This document shows, in pieces, positions 1-14,338 of a DNA stretch of 64,000 nucleotides. The number at the start of each line of letters is the position of its first letter. Positions within the stretch are counted from its first letter, which is position 1. Location of the stretch: NCBI RefSeq assembly GCF_009914755.1, contig NC_060926.1, one strand, 5' to 3'. A program made the position numbers and the translations under genes. The notes beneath the pieces were generated by a model. That model worked only from the letters and a program-made list of their open reading frames with translations. It did no database searches and was not told where the DNA came from. The stretch is from the human T2T-CHM13v2.0 reference genome, Homo sapiens.

Positions 1-90
1 GGCTGGTCTCTAACTCCTGACCTCAAGGGATCCACCCGTCTTGGCCTCCCAAATTGCTTGGATTACAGGCATGAGCCACCCCGCCCGGCC
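1..90 (-). mobile_element. Alu, partial (cut by window edge)
   Basis: Antisense left-arm text ending gattacaggcatgagccaccccgcccggcc. Confidence 0.92.
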
Positions 91-104
91 TGCTAATGGT
101 TTTC

Positions 105-268
105 AGAGGCAGCATCAACATCAGCTGGGAGCATGTTAGAAATGCACATTCTCAGGCCCACCCCAGACCTACAGAATCAGAAACTGAGCGTTGTTGGGCC
201 CAGCAACCTGTGTTGTAATCAGCCCTCCAGGTAATTCCAGTGAATGCTGGCGTTTGAGAACTACTGCC
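105..268. mobile_element. MER5A-like hAT-Charlie DNA transposon fossil
   Basis: gttagaaatgcacattctcaggcccaccccagacctacagaatcagaaact...gtttgagaactactg. Confidence 0.75.
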
Positions 269-444
269 TTAGTCACAGAATTTCACGGGTGTTGTATGCA
301 ATTTCTACTATGTATTTGGCACTCAGTGTCTGGTATATTTCAAAGAAAAAAAAAAAAGACAGGGTCCCTGCCCTCAACATGGTCTACAGGCTGGAAGAAA
401 AATTAAAGCAAGAGAAACCCACATGAACTTGATGTACGTTAGAG

Positions 445-560
445 CCCCATGTTACAGTTGAGGAAAACGAGGCCCAGGAAAGATGAGTCATTTAGCAAAG
501 GTCGTGGAGCTGGTGTGAGAAACGTGAACCCACACGTTTGACTTATGACAATCTCCAGAC
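445..560. mobile_element. MIR fragment
   Basis: MIR core cccatgttacagttgaggaaaacgaggcccagg. Confidence 0.6.
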
Positions 561-1060
561 CCTTCATTCCCCAGGCCGCCTCCCCCCAACATGGGCGGCT
601 CATGGTGTCCCCCCACTTATTCATGCGAGAGAGTTCCGAGGTCAGAATCAAAGCCTAGGACGCCTTCCTTGAGACACTCTCCTTGGCTTGCTTTTAGGTG
701 GTGATTTTCGAAACCTTGGATTAAAACCTTCACCCCCCACAGCCACAGTAGAGTCCAGAATGATGAACTAGATCTTGTGAGGCTCCAGAATTGATTGGGC
801 AGTGAGTTGAAAAAGTCAAAGTCTAGAAGAATCATTAAAAATACAAGGAAAAGCCGAGTGTGCATGGGTCTTCCAGTCTTTCTGTTGGGTGCAGGTCTTT
901 TCTGAGTGTGGGTTTGGCCATGGTGTCTCCTGTGTAACCCACATGCATGATGACATCATTGATTTCCAGTCCAAGATGGCGCCATGACACAGGGACACTG
1001 GTGAAGCCATCCATGCCCAGAGTTCTCCTAGAGTTGACTGCATTTTCCTCAGGTGTTTAA

Positions 1061-1377
<317 letters not shown>

Positions 1378-2564
1378 CGCCAGCCACGTTTTTAAGTGAT
1401 TCACCTTTAGCGAGTCTTTCTGAAACATTTCACTTGAATTGCCAAGGGAGCTGCCCTTGTCTCACCCCTGGCCATCAGTTTATGTAGTAATTAAATATGT
1501 AAAATTTCCACAACAAGGACCCCAGCTCCAGCCAGGGGAGCAGAGCCCAAAGGGGAATGAGAAAGTAGTCTTCCGGCCACACAGGTGTAGTGGGCCCTGT
1601 GTCTCATTGTCCTCCCGTCTTCACACTCAAAGGCAGGGGGCCTCCGCCTCCTCCACCGCCCTGCCAGGGAGGGAGGGCGTTCAGAGAAGGCAGCCACTCG
1701 GTGCTGCGCGGGTGCCAGGAGGAGCTCACGGTGTGTAGGGGGGACGCATGAACAGGTGAACAAAGCCGTTGCGGGTGCTGGGTGGGTGGTTGTCTCAACG
1801 CCCCTCCTCCATTTTTATGCTTAGTATTCATTCTAGGTTTAACACAGGAGAGAGGAAGGTTATATCCCATTCCGTATCACATTCTCTGTAAAATTGGAAA
1901 TTTTATGTAATTACAGGAAGGGTAAGTGAAGCAGTTCTGTGTTCTGCATAAGAAAATGTAACATCCATCAGGTGAGATTTCAGGCCCTCTCACTTGGCTG
2001 CTTCATCCATCTGTTGCCCAAATACGTTGTCAGTGTGTAAGTTTTAATAGTGTTGATTTTGATAGCATGAAGTAGAAAGGCTTTTGTCCATCTATCAGAG
2101 TGTCGCTTTCTCAGTTCTGTAAATTGGTTGTCTCGGAGTGGAATGATCTGCCCTCATAGAGAATGAAAAACCTGGGGTTGGGTCCATGGCCAGGCCATGA
2201 AGTCTCTGTGTAGTCTTGGACGTGCCGTGCATGAGGACTGATTGTGCGAACCCGAAGCTGTAGGAGGATGGCGTCACTGTGCTGCCAGAGCGGGGCCAGA
2301 GATGCCTCCCCTCTTTTTGAGGTTGGAGCCAGCTCTAGAAAGAAACCTTGAAATGGATGTTGGGCCCGTTCCCGTCTCCCTTTCTGACCACACCTACGTC
2401 TGCTTTTCTTTCCTTCCCTCTTGCCATCTCCTACCCTAGCTGGTCTCTTGGCAAACACTCCTGGCATGCAGCCATGTACCCGGGTGAATGCCCACTTCCG
2501 TTTGGCCTGAGCCTACATCCCGCCTGGCCCTTTGCCCACTGCGTAAGTAGGAAGGGTAGAGAAC

Positions 2565-2875
2565 AGGGCTTGGCACACTTTTCTCTGTAAAAAGCCAGAG
2601 AGTAACTATTTTCCACCTTGTGGGCCATAAGGTCTGTGTCACAGCTCCACTGTTTTGGTTGCACAGAAGAGCTATTGATAAACTGGTGGGGCTGGGCTCT
2701 GTGCAACTTAGGTAAGGACACTGCGACTTAAATTTCTTATCATTTTCACGTCGTGAAATATTACTCTTTTTATTTTCCCCCCAACTGTTTAAAAATAGAA
2801 AGACGTTCTTTGTTCATGGGCCATACAAAGATAGGTGGCCAGGTTGGATTTGGCCCGCGGGCTGTAGTTTGCCTC
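2565..2875. mobile_element. MER58B-like hAT fossil
   Basis: ttctctgtaaaaagccagagagtaactatttt...ggatttggcccgcgggctgtagtttgcc. Confidence 0.65.
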
Positions 2876-2894
2876 TGGGTTGGACAAGAATTTT

Positions 2895-3230
2895 CAGGGT
2901 GAACACCCCTCATCCAAAAATTTGAAATCCAAAATGCTGCAAACTCTGAAACTTTTTCAGCACCGACGTGATGCCACAAGTGGAAAATTTCTCACCTAAT
3001 CTCACATGACAGGTTGCAGTCAAAACTCCAGAACAAAATTATGTAAAATGTTGTATAAAATCACCTTTGGACTATGTGTATAAGGTACGGATGAAACATA
3101 AATGAATTTAGTGTTTAGACTGGGGTCCCATCTGCAAGATATCTCATTGTGTATGTGCAGATGTTCCAAAATCTGAAATCCAAAGCACTTCTCGTCCCAG
3201 GGATTTTGGATAAATGGTACTCAGCGTGTA
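2895..3230. mobile_element. Tigger4/MER46-like TcMar element
   Basis: Termini cagggtgaacacccctcatccaaaaat and ttttggataaatggtactcagcgtgta are degenerate inverted repeats; internal aaatctgaaatccaaa motifs. Confidence 0.75.
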
Positions 3231-3729
3231 TTTAGTTCTACTTTGTAGTTTGGTTCTACTGACTGGCTCTGATGTATGGTGGTGGGTGAGGCTGGAGCGA
3301 CCCCAGTCATCCAGCTGTCGGGGATGCAGGCTGTAGAGGCTCTTCTGGCCGATGGCTCCATTGATGTCCACTGTGGAGGCTTAAAAAATCTAAGAAATAG
3401 GCTTACACGTTTTCCAGTTTACTCAACACCAGCCTAACATTGCTTCACCTCAACCCTTCAAGAATGTGTCCCATAACTAAGTGGGTTGGACTTTTGGGCC
3501 CATACCTGAAGTTGTTGGAACAAAATTAGTTTTGTGTGTTCCTGCATATTCCCTGGGAACTCATGCGGGTCTGGCCCTGAAAGACTCAGCTCTGCAGCGT
3601 GGACCAGCTCTTGGTGTGGTCAGCACAGGCCAGCCTGTAGGTTGAGTTGGGTGAAGAGTTCACGGAGCATTTTCAGATCTGTCACTCCCTCAGCAACCTC
3701 TGAGATGGCCAGAGCCGTGAGAATTACTT

Positions 3730-4150
3730 TGACAGGGCTGTTGTCAATGAACCACAAACTGCTGGGTGGTTTGCACAGTGGAAAAGGATTGTCTTACAGG
3801 TCAGGAGGCTGGAAGTCCAAGATGAGTGTCAGCAGGGCTGGTTCCTTCTGAGGCTGAGGGAGAATCAGTTCCAGCCCTTTCTCCCTTAGCATCTGGGGGT
3901 TTGCAGGTAGCTGTTGGCTTGTAGAAGCCTCACCCCCCATCTTAGTCATCCTGTCACCTGTCCCTCTCTGTGTGCATGTCTGTTGAAACTCCCCCCTTTT
4001 ATAAAGTCACTGGGTCATATTGGACTGGGGCCCACCCTGGTAATCTCACTTTAGCTTGATTGCACCTTGAACACTCTGTCTCCAAATAAGGTCACTTTCT
4101 GAGGTACTGGTGATGCATACAAATTTGGGGGGATGCAATTCCATCTATAC
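3730..4150. mobile_element. MLT1 (ERVL-MaLR) solo LTR
   Basis: ggaggctggaagtccaagat, gggctggttccttctgagg and ccaaataaggtcactttctgaggtactgg. Confidence 0.75.
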
Positions 4151-5463
4151 CATTGGGAAATGGGGTGAATAGCTGTCTTGGTGACTGTCCTGGAATGAGG
4201 ATTTAGGACACAGTGGTCATCTCTGTGTGTGAATATAGCTTCCTGTTTGGATGTGGTAGGGTGAGGACCATGAGCCTCATATCATTTATCCACTCACCCT
4301 CCCAGACCCTCTGAGGTGGGATCAACTCTCTGCAGATTTGTCATCAGCTGAGACTGTCAACCATTGTTAAAACAGCTACTCAGATGGACAGAGTGACATA
4401 ACTGCCCTTCTCTCTGCACCGTGGGAGAAGACACTTGTGTTTTGAGCTGCTGAAGACAACAGAATCTTGTCTTCTTGGCATTGTGGTTTTTGGAGATTTG
4501 CCCCAAATCATGGTTAATGACAACACTGATGTTTCTTGAAACAACCGGAGAATAAGGCATCCTCTAGACTTTCTGCTAATTCCATCCACCCACGCTAAAC
4601 CGTGTGGTTTTCTTGGGGCCCCTGAAGACTGACGGGTCCACACTGGTGTCTGGTGGTGCCCACAGGAGAACAGTGCTTGACTGAAAGATCGTACCCCCCT
4701 CTTCTCAGCAAGGCGGTCCTTGTCCAGAGGCCTTGGGCCTCTGGAGAGGTTGATCAGGAGTTGGGGAAGTGGAAAGGGGCCAGCGGTCTTGTCCACTGAA
4801 TCCATCCACTGGGACCTCCCGGACATGACAAGCCAGATTCTCTCCTCCCTCCACTCCAGCACTGAGGGGCTAGTGGTGCCACATGTGCACCTGTCCCTGC
4901 CCAGGGTCCAGTTCTGGCGTCTCTGAGCCCCCTGTCAGGGCAGCTGGGTCCCCCCATACTTAGGCATGAGGTATGAGTTTACCCAATCATCCCCCTGTCC
5001 AGGGAGCCTGCCGGGCTCAGCTTCAGGACCACAAGGCTGTTAAGTAAAGACGCTGCCTAAAGAACCTGCCAGAAGGAAAGCTCCAGAGGGCTTGCAGGGC
5101 CCTTATCCAAAAATGTGAAAATAATCAGTGCTGAAAGCCACAGTGACGGAGGGTGTTGTCAGCGCAGCCTCTCTTTAAATAGAGAAAGGAGCACAGCAGC
5201 TTTTTGGAGTTGGGGCGAGGTGGCATCTGGAGTTTCCAGCGAAGATTTATTTTGTGCCTTGGGGAGCAGGAGCTGGGCAGCCTGGGGAGGGCTGGGCAGC
5301 AGCGAGGATGGCGAGGCTGAGGCCCTGGACCACATGCAGGTCGTTTTCTTCGGGGTGGCTGGAGGGCGGCTCTCCAGGCAGCTCCATGGCCTCAGTAGCC
5401 CCCATGACCAAGTGGAGTGAAGTGAGCTGGGGGAGGAGTGTCACAAGGAGGAAGGCATTGTGG

Positions 5464-5988
5464 GCCCCTGGAGATGGATGCGTTCCTGCCATGTAGCTCT
5501 GGGTCTGGAGCCCCTGGAGATGGATGCATTCCTGCTGTGTGGCTCTAGGTCTGGAGCCCCTGGAGATGGACACGTTCCTGCTGCGTGTCTCTGGGTCTGG
5601 GCAGCACCTGGAGATGGACGCATTCCTGCCGTGTGGCTCTGGGTCTGGAGCCCCTGGAGATGGACGCATTCCTGCTGCGTGGCTCTAGGTCTGGAGCCCC
5701 TGGAGATGGACACGTTCCTGCTGCGTGTCTCTGGGTCTGGGCAGCACCTGGAGATGGACACATTCCTGCCGTGTGGCTCTGCATCAGGAGCCCCTAGAGA
5801 TGGACACATTCCTGCCGTGTGGCTCTGGGTCTGGGCAGCACCAGGAGATGGACGCGTTCCTGCCACGTGGCTCTGGGTCTGGAGCCCCTGGAGATGGACA
5901 CATTCCTGCCATGTGGCTCTGGGTCTGGGCAGCACCTGGAGATGGATGTGTTCCTGCCATGTGGGCTCTGGGTCTGGGCAGCACCTGG
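5464..5988. repeat. GC-rich minisatellite, 46/48-bp units, ~11 copies
   Basis: Anchor gagatgg at 5471, 5517, 5563, 5611, 5657, 5703, 5751, 5797, 5845, 5891 and 5939. Confidence 0.95.
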
Positions 5989-6949
5989 CAGGCTTTGGAG
6001 TAGGCCTTGCCCACAGCCTGGGAGGCTGGGGAGTTCCTGTGAAGGGAGCTGGGTCCTTCTGGGGAGCGCCCGGTGGGGCTTGTTGTCCCTGCCTTGGGCT
6101 TGTCTCAGGAAGTGCCCCCGGCAGAGTGAGGAGGCTGAGATGAGCCCCGGGGGTCGGTTTCTCGAAGCCCCCGTCAGAGCTGATGTTCGGGCCACACGTT
6201 CTCTTGGGGTGATCCGTTCTGTGTCACTGGACTCGCCCCCCGCCTCATTTCCTCACTGGCCCAGTAGTAACTGCAGCCACTGGAGGCGGATACCCACTGA
6301 GGCTGTTCCCATCTGTCCTTTATGACGGCTTGCGATGGACCCGCCTGATGAAGGGGCCCAGCAGTGCCGGTGCCTGCCTAGAATTCAGGATGGAGATTCT
6401 GAGAACCCTGACCACGGCATAGGGGCTTGGGGTACAAAGGAAAGAAGAGGCACTAGGTTCTCAGAGATGCTGGTGCAGTGGCTTTTAGAATCAGAAAGAA
6501 AAAATGGGAAATGCACGCTCACGGTAGAGGAAATGGGAGAAGTTGCGGAAGTCTGAAAAAGGCAGGGACATATACCATGAAGCCAGCCTCATTCGTAGTT
6601 TCACTTCCCCCAGGTTTTTTTCAGTGCCCTTTTATGTCTTTTAAGATGATGAGATTTTCAACTGTTCTGTCTTGACATGACTCTTTGGAGAACGAGTACT
6701 TTGAGAGACATTCTGAAGAGCTCTGAGCAACGTGGTAGACCCATTTCAAAGGAGAGGGATGGACGGATGGCGGCGTCCTGCCTTCTCTGCCGAGAACGGG
6801 GCCGCCTTGTGATTCCTGTCCAGAAAATCAGCTTGGGTGCAGGTGGCTGTGTTGGAGCTGTGGTGGCACCTGCAGTCCCGCCTGTCTCTTCCCACCCTTT
6901 GTTTTTGTCTTCTCTGGTTTCAGATCTTTTGTGTTTGTGCATATATTTT

Positions 6950-7325
6950 GTCACATTGTTGCGGCCTTTTTCGTAGCGTTCATTGATTCTTTTCATTTTG
7001 CCTGTGTGATTTTGCACATCGCTTGTACCCTTAGAAGGTCCGTGTCTACGTAGAGATCAACTATACAACCAGATTTTCTATTACCTATTGGGCGGTTTCC
7101 TTTCCTCCCTCCCTCTTCCCCTCCACACCCTTCTATTGATCTGGAATTCATTTTGTCTTTGGGTGTGAGTTGAAGCCCTGAGAGGGGGGATCTGTGCTCT
7201 GAACACCAGCCAGTTGTCCTAGCATCACAGGGAATGATTCTTTCCTTCTTGGGTGATTGTGACGCTCCTTTTAATTGCATGTTAAATATTTACATGGATG
7301 GAGGTCTGTTCTGGGCTGTCTGGTT
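6950..7325 (-). mobile_element. Old L1M fragment
   Basis: gatctggaattcattttg..ggtgtgag and ccagttgtcctagcatcac resemble antisense L1 ORF2. Confidence 0.45.
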
Positions 7326-8273
7326 CCTGCGGAGGATGAGTGGCCATGATTGAGGGAAGGTGTCCAGAAGGAAGTTCCCACTCCTTCTTTCACAGTCTGA
7401 TGAGGTCCTGGATTCCTCTGAAGGCCCCGGGGCCCACTCTGTTATTCCTGTGGAGGAAGTCAGCCTGAGGGGGAGGGCGTCGTGGTGGCACCTGCAGTTC
7501 CGTCTGTCGCATTGATGTTGGCTGGTTCTGCTCTCAAAGGCGCCGGCTCTGTAGTGATGTCAGCGCCGTGTGACTTGAGGAGGAGACCCCACTGCTGCGG
7601 TGTGTCTGGGGTTCATCTTCAGGGCGCAGCTGATAAGATGCTTCTGTTGCGCTCACAATGCCAGTCATTGCAGCAGAAGTAATGGCAGGTGATGGGAGAC
7701 TCATTGTTGGGGTGAGAAAAGGCACAATAAGCTATTGTCACAGGCAGGGCTCCCTGTGAAGCGGAACGTGACGCAGAGGCCACTGGGCAGGACGTTTAGG
7801 TTTGCTGGGGAGCACAGCAGCAGGGGAAGAGGACAGTGAGGCTGGGATGCAGCCTCCATGCAGCCTGTCGCTTTCTCCACAGGAGCTCTGGCCTGGGCCG
7901 GACTGCCGAGTCACCCTGATTCAGGAGTAGGGTGAGGGGCAGGCTTTGTTACCCCGCGCTAGTCACTGGCCTGGTCATTGGGTGCAGGCTGGCCCAGGAA
8001 GGGGGCTGATGTGGCCTCAAAAGGGCTCTTTCCAGTGAGACAGTTCTGGGTGGCCCCCGGTGAAGGTCCTTCCGCTGGCCACTCTCCAGAGTTGGCTTCA
8101 GAAGGGGACCTGGGGGCCGCGTGGCAGCGTCCACCACCATCCTCACCTGCTGTGGAAATGCACTGCAGAGCCCGTCTGTCCTCCAGGATGTGAAGGGGCC
8201 CTGGCGGGAAGCAGGCCTGAGTTCTGCGCTGGACAGGACTGAAGCTCACTCGTGTTTCCTTCTTGTCTTGCAG

Positions 8274-8347
8274 CGTCTCCCTTCTCTCCTGGACAGAAGG
8301 CCGTGTCCTGGGACTTCTCTGATGGCGAGAGGCTGCGGCTGTACCAG
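8274..8347 (+). other. SH3BP4: Probable SH3BP4 non-coding 5'-UTR exon (74 nt)
   Basis: Branch-like gctcact at 8244-8250, tract gtttccttcttgtcttgcag| and donor CAG|GTAGGC at 8348. Size agrees with my recollection of the reference transcript's second exon (not verified). Confidence 0.78.
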
Positions 8348-10811
8348 GTAGGCAGTGCAGGCATGGTGTGAGTGGGTTGCCATACCTGGACCCGCTTTAC
8401 CATGTCATGACCAAGGTGCCGGACTCATGGGGACACAGGCCCCAAACGTGTGCAGAGCAGCTGCAGGAGGGAGAATGCTTCTGGAAGCTTCTGGTGACAC
8501 TTGACCTTTCTCAGGCACTGCAGGCCTGTCCCTCATGGCGCTCTCCTCCTGTCCTCGAAGCCCACAGTGTTGTCCCCAGTGTGGGAAGGTCATTTGTCAT
8601 CCTGGCATCCAGAAGCCCGGCCCCGGCGCATTCCCAGAACAGCCCCGTGTTTCTCTTTTCAGCGAATCCACTTTCTGTTGCCACCCGTGGAACGTTCTCA
8701 CTCTTCCAAGAAGCCAGGCTAGCAGCTCCCCCACCCCAGCAGCCGCGGGACAGAGCCCAGGTTGGGTGGTGTGTACACAAAGGAGGGATTGTTCTCACGT
8801 CGCCCTGCGACGAGATGGGGATGGACCCGCGGTTAGAGGTCACCCTCCCTGGGGCGTCAGGGGAGCATTTGTCCTTGAAACACGCTGGCAAAAAATGTTC
8901 CAAGGAAGCCTCAGCTGGTGTTTGTGAGGAAGAGCTGGATTAAATGGTGTTCTGGTAAAATGTTCCTGGAGGTTTTCTTGGCTGTTCTTGGCTTTTATAC
9001 TCCTGGTTGGCAATAGAAGGAACACCCTCCTTTGTAAAGTCGGTTGGATAGGATCACCTACCTCATAGGGCGGGCACAGCCTCCAGTTTTTTAGAAAAGC
9101 AACATACAAGTCTTTCCCCACCAAGTAGAAAGGATTGGATCTAAGTAAACGCTACGTTTGGATGCTCAAGGCCAAAGGGGGAGTTGAGAAGCCGCAGCTC
9201 ACAGTGGGATTCCTTTCTGGGCCACGTTGGAATTTTAAAAGCCCTTCTAAATAAAGCAGGCAGCTACTTGCACTGTTTCAGGTTTTTCTTTAAATCCTGT
9301 AAACTGAGGGTAGCTGATTGGATTTTATTTCAACTTCTCCCCCCACCCTTTCTGTCCTGTCTCTTTGTTTTCCAGTATCTGCCTGTGCCTTAGGATGGAG
9401 AGAAGGTTTGAGATGTTCAGGAGGAGGCTCAGGGCTTTTCATAGTGACGTGAGGAATTCAGGAGTTCTCTGGTCCCAGGGTCAGTCCTCCGCCCACTGGG
9501 GCCTCAGCGACTTGAAACACTTCAGCCCAGGCAGAGGCCACCAGCAGGCCTTTCCTTATAAGTGCAGCCCCTGGCCCTGGAGGCTGTGGTCTCTTTGGGC
9601 TGCGGTGAACCCTCCTGAAAGGCATCCACATTCCTGGCATTCTTTCTGCCTGGCATTGGTCAGAAAGCGGGGGTTTCTAAAATCAAAGGCGAGCACTGCA
9701 GCTTGGTTCTTGTCTGTAGATAAACTGGAGAGACACCAGGGGGTTGTGCGGCATGGTTCTCTTTGGGCCCCCACATGGACTGGCCTCGCTGGACTTTGCA
9801 TTTGGGGCATCGCCAGAGCAGGCCCCATCCTGAGCAAAGCAGGAGGAGGTTAATGGGGGTCCCTCTCGGGCTCCAGCAGTTCCTTGGGCGGCACGCATGT
9901 GGTTTGCTTTTTCTGACCCTGTGCCAGAGTTACTGGGGCAGCAAGACATCTGGGAAGAGGAACGGGAGGGTGGGACGGGTGCCGCCATCCCACAGCGGTG
10001 CCCGCTTGTCTCCGTGGCGGGCACACAGGCTTCCGGGAGCCCGGTGAGGGAGGTGCACCCAGACTTGCCCTGGATACAGCGGGCAGAGCGTTGCATGTGC
10101 CTCTGGGTGGGGTGTAGGGGTGCTTGGGGGCGTGGGTCCCCACAGCAGTTAGAGACCATCCACAGGCCACCGCACTTTAAGCTGATTTTCGTTTTGCCTT
10201 GTTTTCCCAGAGGCATACATGTAGTGTTTTCTTGGTGCCTCTGAATAGTCACAGTCTGATTTGCCTGGGGGTCAGTGAGAGACACGGCTACCCAGGGTTT
10301 CCATTTCCAGGCCCCGAGTTTTGTCCGTGGCAAATTTCGTGATTTGCACATAGTTCCCACCTCATGGGTTCAAGTTGTTAACCTGATCCTGCTCCCACTG
10401 TCATCACCATCAGAGGTAGTTTATCCTGGTGCCTGGTGTCCTTCAGGATGAAGGAGGCAGCAGAAATGCTCCCTGACTCAGTTCCTGAGACCAGAATGAC
10501 TGAGGAAACAGGAGGCCTGCAGCAGAGCACGGCCGATTGCTCCTCCGGGGAGTGTCAGCTAGGGGACGGAGCCGGTGCGGAGATCGAGGCCCCACAAGGC
10601 CTGCCCCTGTGGTTGTTCCCACTGTCCCACTGATGGCTGGGAAGGGTGAGCTCCAGCCCCCGGTGGCTTGAACACCCTCTGTAGTTGTGTCTGCTCAAGG
10701 CCTGGGAACACCCTGCCTGTTTCACAGATGAGAAACTCATCTCAGAGTACTCAGAAACCCAGAATACTTCATTCAAGTTCAAGTTCAGAGGGTGATTAAG
10801 AAGAATCAGAA

Positions 10812-11455
<644 letters not shown>

Positions 11456-11539
11456 TCAGGGGTCACGTCAGACTGAGGTTCTCCAAAGTTCCTATCCCTT
11501 TGTGTGTTTGGTGAGCTTTTTGTTTGTTGGTTTTGGTTT

Positions 11540-11745
11540 CGAGGTGAAAGTCACATAACCTCCAGCTGACCGCTGCAGTGGGCATTGAGTACATTCTTGG
11601 TCCTGTGTCACCACCGCCTCTCTCTCGTTTCAAAACTTCGTCATCACCCTGGAAGAGCACCCTGTACTCACTACGTGACCACACCCGTTGCCCCTGCCCC
11701 CGCCTCTGGCTACCACTAATTGGTTTACTTTTGAGGTTTGCATTG
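11540..11745 (-). mobile_element. L1MB-like 3' fragment
   Basis: gaggtgaaagtcacataac...ttcaaaacttcgtcatcaccc...cctctggctaccactaat. Confidence 0.55.
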
Positions 11746-14199
11746 GGCTATGTCCCCATGGCCTTCGATCTGTGACAGAGATCCTGGCTTTCATACATCC
11801 TTGGGACAGAGAAACTAAGGCCAGCGTCCTTAATAGCATGACCAGGTCTGCTTGGACTGTCCTTTGAGGTGTCCTGCAGGCACTGATTCTGCACCTGCCA
11901 AGGCCTGACCTCCCCGTTATCAGCAGATAATCCAATAGAGGAGAAGGGCACTTGAGGCCATGCAGCGGCTGAACGGGAAGCTGTGCTCAGCGTCTCTCCA
12001 AGCCTCTGCATTCCAGTGACAACGTCCGCAGGGCCTCAGTGAATAAACCGCTGCAAATGCACGTTGGTGAGGCCATCAGCTGCCGAAGGGAAGCTGGGGA
12101 ATCTGGACGGAGGAGAAAGAAACGTGAGCTGCACTCCCGGCGACACATTGGACTAAGAACGGCGCCTGCCTTCTTGAGAGGCTTGTTTTGTGGTGTCATA
12201 ACTAGCCTGCCTTACACCTTTCTTAAAGCAAGCATGTTGTGAGTTCACAGGAGGGATTTTTAACATACTTGAGGCTTTGGGGACAAAAGACATCAGTCAA
12301 AGAAAGATTCCGCTATTATTTATTTCAAGAGCCTTTGAATCTCTTGCTGAAATCTGCTCCCATTTTGAAGAAGCTTCCCATCAAATCAGAAAAGCCCTGA
12401 TTTTCCTGTCTCTGTGTTTGGAATTGTCCCCCACCCTGTTGTTAGTTCATTCCTTAAAGTTGTCTGGGCAGACTGCAATTTCGGAAGGGCACCTGGATGC
12501 GTTTCATTCTTGGGTCAGAAAAATACCTATGCAAAGAGCTTCTGACCAAGCATAGACAGATTTCAATTATTGGCACAATAGCATGTTACATAAATCAATT
12601 TCCTTGGGCCTCAGTTTTCTCCTTGGTAAAGATGGAACCTGGGTCTCTGAAGGTTCTCAAAGACTAAAAAGGAATCTAAGACACCCTCAGACTTGCTCAA
12701 GAAGAAAACAGGGCAGGATTATTGGAATGATCCAGAAAGAGAGCACAGTGAATCTTCTCAAACTTTGAGAAATGAATTGGTCATCAAAAATTAGACTTTC
12801 CTCTCACCTGTGCAGCTGGCTCTGTCACGCGGCCTCTGCTGCTCACCACCAGCACATACCTGGCCCAGGAGTGGCTGCCAGTCAATGCGCAGCAGCCCTT
12901 TGCAGGACCTGCCCTTGGGCTGCTTTTGAGTTTCTGAGCATCCAAGTCTCAGAAGCAGCTGGTTGGGCCAGCTCAAGCTCTGGGTCCGCTGTGGATTGAT
13001 TCACCTGTACCTGGTCTCCACCACTGATCCATCTGGAGAGGGGTGAGGCCACAGGGGTTTCCAGGCTGGGGGTGTGCCTGGACCAGGCAGCGACAGCCAC
13101 TGGGAACCCCAGGCAATAGGGGAAGTGGCACTCACTTATCCTCGGCTGGGCTTCTCTGCAGGCTCCCTCCCTCCTTCCCTTCTTCCTTCCTTTCGGAACT
13201 CCCTACAACCCTATCACGTTAAGCAAGTCCTGTAGCCTCTCTGGGCCTCACTTCTCCTACCTGCTTATGGAGGGCCCCCGAACCTGGGCTGTGTGGCTTC
13301 ACTGTTAACATGTTATTGATGTGACTGGGGGGTTGCCCCTGTGCCTGACGTTTCATTCATGCCGTTCTCCCATGCAGGTTGCTCTCCTGATCTGGGCCCC
13401 GCCCTTTGGTTCCAGGGGATATGAAGGTCAGAGGAGGGATTAGCATGATCCACTGGCCAGAGTCAATAACACGGGGCCCCTCCTTCCAAGAGGGGCTTAG
13501 CCAGAAGGGGAAGCCTGGATCTTGGGGTCGGGCTCTGATGCTTTGTCTCTGAGCCGCTGACATGGAGGACGTCAAGCCGCGATGTTCATGTCCCCATTGC
13601 GTAGAGGTGGGTCCTGTAGTCCCACATGTGGTGTGCTCTGAATCTCCTTTCCACTCTGTTGGAGGGTCAGAGGGACTTGAAAGATCACAGAGCCCAGCCT
13701 CGCATTTGGCAGAAGAGAAAGCAGAGACATAAAGGCCAGGGACTTGTGCCGGGTCCTACCCGCTATCTGGTGCCCCACACACTGGGGCCTGTCCCCACTG
13801 CCAGCAGCCTCTGTGTGGGTTCTGCCTTTTTCTGCACTGGTGGTGTCTCCCCATCGCCCCAGCTGCTTGTGGGCAGGCGTCACCTTGTTCTGACCTCTTT
13901 CCTTCCCCCAGGCAGCTCTGGACTTTGCTCTCAGTAAACACAACTTGATTCTTTTCCTTCTTACCTTATCATTGCCCATAAATCCCGTTTACACGGTGCC
14001 CACTTTTGTGTCTGAGCTGGGACGTACAACCTCGTCTCTGCCTCCAGTTTTTGAGAAATTAATTATAAACAGTGTTGACAGAGGCTCTGGCTTGACTTGG
14101 GGCATCTGCTGCTCTTCCCGGCCTTGGTCTTCTGAAGGTAGCTGTTATCAGTAACAGAACAGATGTGTTTATCCTGGGCTCCCGGGCCCTTGGCGTGGC

Positions 14200-14338
14200 C
14201 CTTTGAGGGGGTCTGTGAAACCCCTGAAACTGCATGCTGAACTTTACGGGTGGAGGTAGTTTTCTAAAGAGAGGGTCCAGAGACTTTGTCAGATTCCTTA
14301 GAGGATTTGCACCCTCAAAAAACGTTAACAACCTCTGA
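14200..14338. mobile_element. hAT-Charlie-like DNA element fragment
   Basis: gagagggtccagagactttgtcagattcc...aaaaaacgttaacaacctctg resembles a Charlie-family end. Confidence 0.4.

Noticed and set aside
5247-6325. Cluster of long ORFs on both strands
   Set aside because: Produced by the stop-poor 46/48-bp minisatellite; unit lengths shift frame.
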